Made by a program: the position numbers and the translations under genes
Shown: positions 16,075-24,000 of the stretch, in pieces
How positions within the stretch are numbered: the stretch's first letter is position 1
Layout: each line of letters begins with the position of its first letter
The notes under the pieces: model-generated
Databases searched by the model: none
Told to the model about the DNA's origin: nothing
The model's input: the letters and a program-made list of their open reading frames with translations, nothing else
Origin: Thermoplasmata archaeon
GTDB lineage: Archaea > Thermoplasmatota > Thermoplasmata > GCA-020350865
NCBI GenBank assembly: GCA_020348445.1
Contig: CP070751.1
Location: forward strand, 2,551,447 to 2,575,446
Length of the DNA: 24,000 nucleotides
Reading direction: 5' to 3'

Positions 16075-16794
16075 TTAGAACTCAGTTTTCTCAGTAATAA
16101 CCCTTGTTACCTGAAACTCTCCATCACCATAAAGCAGGGTGTAATAATCTGGACTGTGGTTGGTACTCCTCATCTTAACGCATCTAATTCTTCTTTGTAT
16201 TGTAACGCCGTCCACGTTCTCCATTGTCAGGTGGATTATACCATCAGCCAGAAAATCCTCGCCGTATTTCCCGAAGTCCCTTGCACTCTGACTCATTTCT
16301 GAGATTAGGATTGTGGTTGAGTCCAGTTCCTTTAGCCATTCAAAGAGGTGGAAAAGGTCGTTTCTCGGCTCCGCAAAGTTCGCCAAAAGCTCCAAAACGG
16401 GTAAGGTGTCTAGGACCAATATATCGTAATCCATGTTCTTTTTGAGATTCTGGGCGTACATCTTGAATATTTGAGCCCAGGTCTGCTGTCCCAGTTTATC
16501 CAGATTCTTCCTAATCAGCGATAGATCCACCAAACTGATATTATCCTTCACCTCGTTGAAATTTAGTCCCATGGTTGCTATGTGATCCAGAAGACCCTCT
16601 CTGCTTTGCTCTAAAGTTATGTATGCACCTTTTAAGTTGTTCATTTGAGCGTTTTTGAATATTATGTAAAACGCTACCGAGGATTTCATGGTGCCAGGTT
16701 CACCCAAAATGAGAATATTGTGGCCCCGTGGAATCCCGCCATTCATCTTTTCATCAAATCCCTCAATATAGGTCTTGATACGCTCTTGCACCAT
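16075..16794 (-). CDS. KaiC/RadA-superfamily single-domain ATPase
   Basis: GFDEKMNGGIPRGHNILILGEPGTMKSSVAFYIIFKNA (Walker A), DILVLDTLPVLE (Walker B), and the ILISEMSQSARDFGKYGEDFLADGIIHL KaiC-like core. Confidence 0.88.
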   Translation of the reverse strand: MVQERIKTYIEGFDEKMNGGIPRGHNILILGEPGTMKSSVAFYIIFKNAQMNNLKGAYITLEQSREGLLDHIATMGLNFNEVKDNISLVDLSLIRKNLDKLGQQTWAQIFKMYAQNLKKNMDYDILVLDTLPVLELLANFAEPRNDLFHLFEWLKELDSTTILISEMSQSARDFGKYGEDFLADGIIHLTMENVDGVTIQRRIRCVKMRSTNHSPDYYTLLYGDGEFQVTRVITEKTEF

Positions 16795-16874
16795 AGAGAA
16801 TCACCCGCGAGGTCGGTAAATTAGATAATAGCTTATAAAATTTATGCAAAAAGAATCAAATAGTAAAAGGAGGG

Positions 16875-16947
16875 GGGGATTCGAGCCGTCGTAGGTGACC
16901 TTTGCTCAATGATACTGTTATGTGGCCTCCTACTGGTTCGAATCTCC
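16875..16947 (-). ncRNA. Putative structured RNA 3' of tRNA-Ser with T-arm-like stem strands
   Basis: Minus strand GGAGATTCGAACC (16947-16935) pairs 11/13 with GGCTCGAATCCCC (16887-16875). An inner GTAGG/CCTAC stem extends it. Confidence 0.35.
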
Positions 16948-17000
16948 ATCAATTTAACGTTGCTTTTAATCCTCAGCTCTACTTGAATAAAAATGAAAAA

Positions 17001-17116
17001 CGCTGAGGAGGAGATTCGAACTCCCGCGGTGCAGAGCACCACCGGCTATCAGGGTCTTTTTCGTTTCGTTTGAACTCTCAAGGCCGGCGCCGTAAGCCTG
17101 GCTTAGCTACCTCAGC
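17001..17116 (-). tRNA. tRNA-Ser(TGA) with a 29-nt intron (17048..17076) at position 37/38
   Basis: Minus strand GCTGAGG-TA-GCT...GGC-G-CCGGC-CTTGAG|AGTTCAAACGAAACGAAAAAGACCCTGAT|A-GCCGG-T-GGTGC TCT GCACC variable arm-GGGAG-TTCGAAT-CTCCT-CCTCAGC-G. Followed by a T-run. Confidence 0.93.
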
Positions 17117-17129
17117 ATTAAGCGAATCT

Positions 17130-17206
17130 CAGTCTGGGGGAGATAAGCCCAGGGCAAGTGGGGGCCAAAGGCCACCACGGGGACCTGGCTTAGCTACCTC
17201 AGCATT
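17130..17206 (-). ncRNA. Putative structured leader upstream of tRNA-Ser containing an exact 23-nt copy of the tRNA 5' region
   Basis: AATGCTGAGGTAGCTAAGCCAGG occurs at 17206-17184 and again at 17119-17097. In the leader, AAGCCAGG pairs with CCTGGGCTT and GTGGTGGCC with GGCCCCCAC (one mismatch). TATA-like CATATATGG lies about 20 nt upstream. Confidence 0.4.
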
Positions 17207-17304
17207 CCTGTGCACTTTCAGCCATATATGGTGGATTGTTATCAAGTTTTCGTTTTTGAAGGAGAGAACCAAAAAACATATTTTCTTAAGGAAGGATTAA
17301 AATA

Positions 17305-18951
17305 TCATTCTCTATTTCTATGAACCATTAATTTCTCAACATCCAACTCGAATGCAGAAATGGGACTCGACAGATCAAAATTAGTAATGACCTGTGGGTG
17401 CAATTCACCGAAAAATCCCAAGGTCTCATCCCCAATTTCAACAGATGCACATCTTCCTTCTATGTAACTACCCCTATAAAGCGGATTAATGGTGTAAGGA
17501 ATCCCCAAAGGCCTTAATATCCCCTCAACAAGGGATTTCACCTCAGTAAAACTGGCCTTTGGGTGTATTGAGACACCGGCCAGCTTGTACACATTATGTT
17601 CTTCTGGGACAGTTATTCCAACTTCAAAAATTTTTTGAGGAAGATCCCTGTGTCTATTGGCCTGTAGAGTTCGTAGGAGGCTAGGAAGCAAGGAAACCCT
17701 AAGGCAGCTGTGTTCCTCTGTTAGAGGGTCGTTGGCCAGGGCAACATCAATTGGCTCTACTCCCATTTTTTCGAACTGCTCCTTTATACTAGAGAGGGTG
17801 AGGGTCAGCACCTCGAAGAATCCATAGCCCACCATTATCATCCTCAATTTCCTACAAAATTCGATTATCTCCATGGGCCTTCCAAATGTCATAGCCGAGG
17901 GCAGCTCAGGCTCAAATTTCATGTAGCCATAACTAATGGCGATATCCTCCACCAAGTCGATAGGATGTAGAATATCACCCCTGTATGCTGGTACAAGGGT
18001 AGTTATTATATCACCTTTTTTCTCTGCACCAAAGCGCATCTTTTCAAGATGTGAGGCCGCTTCATCCACAGAAATATTAATGCCCAGCATAGAATTGACA
18101 TATCCCAAATCAAGGTCCATTTTCTCTGGTTCTAAGTTTGGGGTATTGATGCTCTCATCCTGATAAACAACCTCAACCTTCTCAATTTTTCCTCCCCGTT
18201 CAGCCAGTGCAGTTGCTATTATGTTCAATGCCTGGTTTACTGCATTCATGTCGGTGCCTGTTAGGTCTAAGAAGATATCCTTTGTGTCTTCGGTCACTGT
18301 AGTCAGAGTGCCATTGATTATGGGTGGAAATGAAAGGACCTCGTTGTTAGAATCTAGGATTATGGGATAGCGAGCAAAACCCTCCAATGTCCAGGCATAG
18401 TCCCGGCCTTTTTCGTGTTTTCTCAGAATCTCCTCCAAATCCATGGTCTCATTCTTTCCGAGGGGTACGAACTGGATGCTCTCAGGATCAACAGCCTTAT
18501 AGGTGAATGGCGGGGTGATATCCCGATAGTCGTGGACCCCTATTGCCATCTTGGCTCTCTTTCTTCCCAAAGTGAGGTGCAGTTTCTCCTGCATATCCAT
18601 TAAGGATGTAATAAAAAAGTCTGTCATGGTTACGTCGCGAACAAGGCCGCTTACAATATAGGGTCTCACCTCATTTACAGTTGGATCAACTATGAGCTTG
18701 ACATCAGACTCACCAATTGGATACTTCTTGAGTCCGGTCTCTAGTTCCAGATATCCTCTTAATGCTCTGGCCACTCCTTCCACAGAATATAAATCTGGCC
18801 TGTCAGGAAAGAATTCGATATCCATCTGCGTGTAATCTATCCTCCCAATATCGGCACCCATCATCGGGATGATTTCCTGGAGCTTCTCCATCTCGATTTT
18901 GGTGCCGAGAAGGTCTATTAGATCGTCGTATTCGATGGATATCACTGGCAT
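17305..18951 (-). CDS. pheT: Phenylalanine--tRNA ligase beta subunit, archaeal type
   Basis: MPVISIEYDDLIDLLG, DIEFFPDRPDLYSVEGVARALRGYL, PLIKxG-like YPIGESDVKLIVD, PAYRGDILHPIDLVEDIAISYGYM, FFEVLTLTLSS, and VSLLPSLLRTLQANRHRDLPQKIFEVG. Confidence 0.95.
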   Translation of the reverse strand: MPVISIEYDDLIDLLGTKIEMEKLQEIIPMMGADIGRIDYTQMDIEFFPDRPDLYSVEGVARALRGYLELETGLKKYPIGESDVKLIVDPTVNEVRPYIVSGLVRDVTMTDFFITSLMDMQEKLHLTLGRKRAKMAIGVHDYRDITPPFTYKAVDPESIQFVPLGKNETMDLEEILRKHEKGRDYAWTLEGFARYPIILDSNNEVLSFPPIINGTLTTVTEDTKDIFLDLTGTDMNAVNQALNIIATALAERGGKIEKVEVVYQDESINTPNLEPEKMDLDLGYVNSMLGINISVDEAASHLEKMRFGAEKKGDIITTLVPAYRGDILHPIDLVEDIAISYGYMKFEPELPSAMTFGRPMEIIEFCRKLRMIMVGYGFFEVLTLTLSSIKEQFEKMGVEPIDVALANDPLTEEHSCLRVSLLPSLLRTLQANRHRDLPQKIFEVGITVPEEHNVYKLAGVSIHPKASFTEVKSLVEGILRPLGIPYTINPLYRGSYIEGRCASVEIGDETLGFFGELHPQVITNFDLSSPISAFELDVEKLMVHRNRE

Positions 18952-19116
18952 TAATATCGGATAAGGAAAAGGCTTGATGGTATATTTTTGTTTTGATTAA
19001 GGGCTTTAATCTTCAGAAACAAGGGAATAACTCCTCATTCCCCCAATTTTTAAATATTTTAAATGTGTTAATCATATAGGTCTTATAAAACCCAAACTCT
19101 ACGGGGAGGTAATTCT

Positions 19117-21654
19117 ATGGGACGGATAGGTAAGAAATTATATGGTACACAAGATATCAAGCAAGCAAATAATAATTTTCAAATATGGATTGTAATATTT
19201 TTGGTTGTATTAAGTTCAATATCCACTCATTGTTTAATAACAAAATCAAAAGCTGCCCCTATCATAATCGATGAGGACAGCAATGGATATTGGGAGGATT
19301 ATTTTGAGGATAACAAAGGGATCGAAACATGGGATAACATAGAACTGAATATGGGTGAGATTCGACTGATGGATATGTTATATGAGAATTTTACAGGACC
19401 TACCGGAACATACCCTGATGATAAAAAATGGGATATCATCCATCAAGGTGGAACTTTTGAAATAAACAATAACCGCATGAGATCCTCTGATTCCCCTCCC
19501 TATGGAACCTGGCACAATATGAAGGTCCAGACAAAATCGGATTTTAAACTGCCACACACCCTCACATGGAGGCAGCAGCTTCAGACCGTTGGAGGTGGTA
19601 TGTATTATCATTTCCGCGTTCAAAATGCATCAAGTGGTAATTCATTGTTGGGTATCTATCAGAATTATTTGGGAAATTACGGAGTTTATAATTACTATAC
19701 CTCAAGTGGAACTTCGATGGGTTCTTCAGTCTCTGGCTGGCACGATTACAAGGTTACCTTCAATGGTGGTTATTTAGAAATTTATATGGATGATGTATTA
19801 AAATTTTCTTATGACTATTTTGATGTGCAATCGGTTAGGTATCAAATCGGTATGGATATACTAGATCCAGCCTCTGCAACAATTTATACTGATGATATTC
19901 AAATCACTTCAGGTATCACATCTGGCAATCTAACCTCCACAGAAATCGTAATCCCAAAGGATCAGACATGGGAATCCTTGGAGGTCGATAAACTGGAACC
20001 GGTAAATGGAAATACTATTAATGTGTCGGTTCTTGATGGCATTACCTTCCTTGCAATTCCGGGATTTGATAATCTCAATGCATCTACTATTAATTTATCC
20101 TCAATTGACCCGACAACCTATCCCACCATACGGTTAAAAGCCCATTTTACAGGATACGACAATCGCACACCAGTTCTTTATGGGTGGAAGGTTACATGGG
20201 CCGATACCATAGCGCCCTCGCCTCCTTCAGGTTTGACTGTAAATGATCCTTATTCTGGTGATTCACTTAATATCAGTTGGGACCCCAACCCGGAGCCTGA
20301 TGTTGTATATTATTATTTGGATTACAGCACCGACAATGTTACATTTTATAGACTTGCCAATATCGATAAGAACACATTCTCATTCATTCATTCAAACCTC
20401 TTAACCGGAATTGAATACTATTACAAAATTGCAGCTGTAGATGAGATACCGAATCAGTCACCGTTTTCAGAGGTGAAGAGCACCATCTTAGACATCGATT
20501 CAGATGGGGATGGTATTGGCAATAGAATCGATGACGATATCGATGGCGATACAGTACCAAATTCCATTGATGAATACCCTTATAACGAAAATGAGTGGAT
20601 TGACTCGGATGGTGACGGTATCGCTGACAATGCAGATTTGGACGATGACAATGACAGTTATGATGATACCATCGATGATTTTCCATTCAATTCAAGTGAA
20701 TGGAAGGATACTGATTGCGATGGTATAGGAAATAACGCTGATCTCGATGATGATAACGATGGAATCCCTGATATCTCTGATATGTATCCCTTCAATGATG
20801 CAAATGATATTGAGGAGAGAATCGATGATCTTTCAGCAGAACTTACCAGCGTAAATGACTCCCTTTTTAATAGGATATCTGAGACCGAAATCAACATATT
20901 GAATAGGTTGGATAACCTCAACTGGAGCCCTATACTGAACTATATCGAAGGGATGAATGATTCTTTATCTTCAGAGATCCAGGATATACTGAACAGTATA
21001 ACAGATGACGTAATCGAATTGAACTCTTCTCTTTCAGATGAATTAACTATGCTCCTTGACAGTCTGAAAAACGATAACGATGCTTTAAGAGCATGGCTTG
21101 AATTGGTAACCAACGAATTGAACTCCCAGTTGACTGCTGCAAGCGATATCCTTTATAACCAATCGAATGAACTGGATGACTCTGATAATAATATTGAAAT
21201 AATCAACAACACCCTGGCGAATCTAACAAAGCTTGATAACATATTATCACAGCTTCTTGATCTTGACAGTGCATTGAAGGATGTTAACGATGATTTAAAG
21301 ACAAAGGCAGAGGATAAATCAAAAGAAGAGGAAATAGAGGATAGGATTCGATTATTGGAATTTTTCATTTTCATTGTGCTTTTATTATTGATCGTTAATT
21401 TAGTAGTGACATCTATCAGTTTATTAAGAAAGAAAATCCAAAAAGATACCAAGATTTCTGAGAGTTATAACAAAGTCGAACCTGAGCCTTTAGAGTCCTT
21501 TACCCTGGCATCAGAACCTGAGGAACCTAAAGAGATTATCAAGGAGAATAAAATCAAAGAAGAGGAACCTACACCACAAACACAATCTACACCCCCTTTT
21601 CCACCTCCCCCACCTCCTCCTCCACCACCTCCAAATGAAGAGGTGATAGAATGA
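19117..21654 (+). CDS. Large membrane-anchored surface protein: exported lectin/LamG-like N-domain, FN3, calcium-binding type 3 repeats, helical stalk, C-terminal TM and poly-Pro tail
   Basis: N-terminal hydrophobic segment IVIFLVVLSSISTHC. FN3 (APSPPSGLTVNDP...YYYKIAAVDEIPNQSPFSEV). DSDGDGIGN/DDDNDSYDD/DTDCDGIGNNADLDDDNDGIPD repeats. TM FFIFIVLLLLIVNLVVTSISLL and PPFPPPPPPPPPPPNEEVIE. Confidence 0.85.
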   Translation: MGRIGKKLYGTQDIKQANNNFQIWIVIFLVVLSSISTHCLITKSKAAPIIIDEDSNGYWEDYFEDNKGIETWDNIELNMGEIRLMDMLYENFTGPTGTYPDDKKWDIIHQGGTFEINNNRMRSSDSPPYGTWHNMKVQTKSDFKLPHTLTWRQQLQTVGGGMYYHFRVQNASSGNSLLGIYQNYLGNYGVYNYYTSSGTSMGSSVSGWHDYKVTFNGGYLEIYMDDVLKFSYDYFDVQSVRYQIGMDILDPASATIYTDDIQITSGITSGNLTSTEIVIPKDQTWESLEVDKLEPVNGNTINVSVLDGITFLAIPGFDNLNASTINLSSIDPTTYPTIRLKAHFTGYDNRTPVLYGWKVTWADTIAPSPPSGLTVNDPYSGDSLNISWDPNPEPDVVYYYLDYSTDNVTFYRLANIDKNTFSFIHSNLLTGIEYYYKIAAVDEIPNQSPFSEVKSTILDIDSDGDGIGNRIDDDIDGDTVPNSIDEYPYNENEWIDSDGDGIADNADLDDDNDSYDDTIDDFPFNSSEWKDTDCDGIGNNADLDDDNDGIPDISDMYPFNDANDIEERIDDLSAELTSVNDSLFNRISETEINILNRLDNLNWSPILNYIEGMNDSLSSEIQDILNSITDDVIELNSSLSDELTMLLDSLKNDNDALRAWLELVTNELNSQLTAASDILYNQSNELDDSDNNIEIINNTLANLTKLDNILSQLLDLDSALKDVNDDLKTKAEDKSKEEEIEDRIRLLEFFIFIVLLLLIVNLVVTSISLLRKKIQKDTKISESYNKVEPEPLESFTLASEPEEPKEIIKENKIKEEEPTPQTQSTPPFPPPPPPPPPPPNEEVIE

Positions 21655-24000
21655 TAGGCAATATAAATAACAAGAAATCAATGGCAATTGGTGTTCTTTT
21701 ATTACTCGGTTTTTTAAGTTTGTCATGCATAACCAATTTAGCAAAGGGAGTACCAGTTATCCATGAGGAGGACAGCTATGGAAGTTGGGAGGATACCTTC
21801 AATGATACAACAGGAATAGCCCTGTGGGATAATATCGAAACCTGCGGGTATGGTCTTAAATTGATGGACATGTTCTACGATAACTTCACAGGTTTGGAAG
21901 GAGATCCACCAGACGCCTTGAAATGGGATATTTTCGATGAAGGATATGTACTATGGAAAAGTGGTAATATACTGAGGGTTGAGGCTAATCCCCCGGGATC
22001 ATCCTGGAGAGCTGAGATGATTCAAACCAATGATTCCTTTACAGAAAATCATACCCTCACATGGTCCCAGGTTCTTCAAACTGTAACCAGCGGGATGTAC
22101 TACCATTTCTATATTTCTAATGCCACTGATGGCAGTTGGCTTCTTTGCCTCTATCAGAACTCAGCAGGACAATACATGGTCTGGAACAACATCACATCAT
22201 CAGGTGTGCAAATAGGAACCAGTGTTACCGGATGGCATGATTACAAAGTGGTTTTCACTGATGGTTTCATTGAATTCTATTATGATGGTGTAAAAGAGCA
22301 CGAATATGATTTCCAGGTGGATTCTGTCAGATACCGTTTCGGGATTCTTGTGCAGAGTGCCTGGACCAGATCTCCTCTAGACGAGATCCATATAAGCTCG
22401 GGCATCACAACAGGGAATCTGACATCATCTGAAATCACCCTGCCTTCGGGCTATACCTGGGACTCTCTCTATTTAAATAAAACTGTCATTGGAGATGACA
22501 ATTTCCTGAATGCGACAATTTTGGATGGAGTAACATATCAGCCAATTTTAGGATATGAACATCTCACTGGAGCAAATATCGACATCTCTGGGATTGATGA
22601 GGGGGTGCACCCTACCATACGATTAAGAGCGCATTTTGTTGGCAACGGTACCCACTCGCCCTATCTTTCTGGATGGAAGGTATTATGGACAGATACCATA
22701 GCCCCGGAAAAACCAACTGGTTTTACTGTATCTGATCCAAGGACCGGAAATTCCCTTATTCTTGATTGGAATCCAAATATCGATCCCGATATTGTAAATT
22801 ATGTTTTGTATTACAGTTTAGATAATTCAACATTTATCTGGCTTGCTAATGTTATCTTGGGATCGGAATCATTCACACACTACGGACTTTCCACCCATAC
22901 CACCTACTATTACAAGATCGCAGCAGCTGATGAGATGCCCAATCAATCACCGTTTTCTGATGTGTCATCAGGAATCCCCGATATCGATACCGATTGTGAT
23001 GGCATAGGTAACCTCATGGATGGCGATGATGACGGTGATACAGTTTTAGATTCTAATGATGACTTTCCATTAAATCCCAATGAAAATATCGATACTGACG
23101 GTGATGGAATAGGAAATCATGCAGATTATGATGATGACGATGATAGTTATTTGGATGTGAACGATGAATTTCCATTAAATGATACAGAATGGCTGGATAC
23201 AGATCATGACGGTGTGGGTAACAATATGGATCCAGATGACGACAATGACGGCGTACCCGATATATCAGATCCCAACCCGCTCAGCAATATCAATGACCTA
23301 GATGCAAAAATCGATGCCCTTCTTTTACAAATTTCCACCATCAATGCATCCCTTCAAAGCGAAATCTTGGGTGCTGAGTCAGATATCCTGGGTAAAATAG
23401 ATGAAATCGATAATGCGGACATACTTACCCATTTGAAAGAAACGAATGTTACATTGTATTATGAGTTGCAAAATCTACTGGATAGCATTACAGATGAAGT
23501 CATAGAAATAAATAATTCACTTTCCCACCAACTTACAGCACTTTTGTTAAACATGACTGATGATAATGATGCACTGAGAATATGGCTTGAAATCATCCTG
23601 AACGAGTTAAATACCAATTTAACTGCAACAAATGATTTCTTGGACAATCAGCTGAAAGATATCCAGGATTCGAATCAAAGATTAAGTATTATCAGGAATA
23701 CTCTGGATGATCTTCTAAAATTGGATAATATTCTTTCGAACATAACATTACTAACTCAAACATTACAGGATGTAAACGATGATCTGTCCGAATCCATTGA
23801 AGATAAATCCAAGGAGGAGGATATCGAGGATAGGGTACAGTTTTTGGAGTTGTTAATAATCCTGGTTCTGATCTTAGGTAGCGTTAATCTGATACTTTCT
23901 GTCCTGGTTGTGATGCTTAAAAAATCCGAACCCAAAGATTTGGCATTAAATAAGGGACCGAAAGAAGGAGAACAAACTCAGAAAAAGGATTTAGAAACAT
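21651..24000 (+). CDS. Tandem paralogue of the preceding surface protein, open past the window end
   Basis: Not in the ORF track. ATG at 21651 overlaps the previous stop (ATGA). Translation MIGNINNKKSMAIGVLLLLGFLSLSCITNLAKGVPVIHEEDSYGSWEDTFNDTTGIALWDNIETCGYGLKLMDMFYDNFTG... has the same order of lectin-like, FN3, D/N/G-rich repeat, helical stalk and TM segments. Frame open to 23999. Confidence 0.88.
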   Translation, partial: MIGNINNKKSMAIGVLLLLGFLSLSCITNLAKGVPVIHEEDSYGSWEDTFNDTTGIALWDNIETCGYGLKLMDMFYDNFTGLEGDPPDALKWDIFDEGYVLWKSGNILRVEANPPGSSWRAEMIQTNDSFTENHTLTWSQVLQTVTSGMYYHFYISNATDGSWLLCLYQNSAGQYMVWNNITSSGVQIGTSVTGWHDYKVVFTDGFIEFYYDGVKEHEYDFQVDSVRYRFGILVQSAWTRSPLDEIHISSGITTGNLTSSEITLPSGYTWDSLYLNKTVIGDDNFLNATILDGVTYQPILGYEHLTGANIDISGIDEGVHPTIRLRAHFVGNGTHSPYLSGWKVLWTDTIAPEKPTGFTVSDPRTGNSLILDWNPNIDPDIVNYVLYYSLDNSTFIWLANVILGSESFTHYGLSTHTTYYYKIAAADEMPNQSPFSDVSSGIPDIDTDCDGIGNLMDGDDDGDTVLDSNDDFPLNPNENIDTDGDGIGNHADYDDDDDSYLDVNDEFPLNDTEWLDTDHDGVGNNMDPDDDNDGVPDISDPNPLSNINDLDAKIDALLLQISTINASLQSEILGAESDILGKIDEIDNADILTHLKETNVTLYYELQNLLDSITDEVIEINNSLSHQLTALLLNMTDDNDALRIWLEIILNELNTNLTATNDFLDNQLKDIQDSNQRLSIIRNTLDDLLKLDNILSNITLLTQTLQDVNDDLSESIEDKSKEEDIEDRVQFLELLIILVLILGSVNLILSVLVVMLKKSEPKDLALNKGPKEGEQTQKKDLET

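Noticed and set aside
10522-16794. Mobile island, prophage or defence island origin of the ubiquitin cluster
   Set aside because: No transposase, integrase, terminal repeats or phage genes are visible, and flanking genes are housekeeping. The adjacent tRNA-Ser is a possible integration site, but no matching attachment repeat was found on the far side.
17184-17206. A second complete tRNA-Ser gene at the upstream copy
   Set aside because: Identity stops after 23 nt. There is no anticodon arm, variable arm or T-arm in the expected positions.
17070-17300. Plus-strand ORF 17070..17300
   Set aside because: Overlaps the tRNA-Ser gene and its repeat-containing leader. The translation is a by-product of GC-rich RNA structure.

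Overview
Archaeal chromosomal segment (inferred from introns at tRNA position 37/38, a fused ADP-forming acyl-CoA synthetase, a KaiC-like ATPase, archaeal-type PheT, and a CxxxY-type CcmE). The main result is a compact minus-strand locus at about 10.5-15.9 kb that encodes what looks like a complete eukaryote-like ubiquitin conjugation/deconjugation system: a ubiquitin-fold protein with an internal Gly-Gly and a 4-residue tail (GG|WIFQ), a UBA3-like E1, an E2 with the HPN motif, catalytic Cys and a UBE2G/Cdc34-like post-Cys insertion, and an Rpn11/CSN5-like JAMM protease. Next to these is a 694-aa candidate E3 with cross-brace (RING/PHD-like) zinc fingers at both ends and about four catalytically dead E2/RWD-like repeats between them. 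Other content: a ccmA-B-C-D-E cytochrome c maturation cluster joined by ATGA overlaps (including a 47-aa CcmD-like gene absent from the ORF track), acyl-CoA synthetase, purD, cis-prenyltransferase, pheT, two intron-containing tRNAs (Leu-TAA, Ser-TGA) flanked by unusual structured partial mimics of their own ends, and tandem membrane-anchored surface proteins with FN3 and calcium-binding type 3 repeats. No database search or folding program was run. All family assignments rest on motif recognition.
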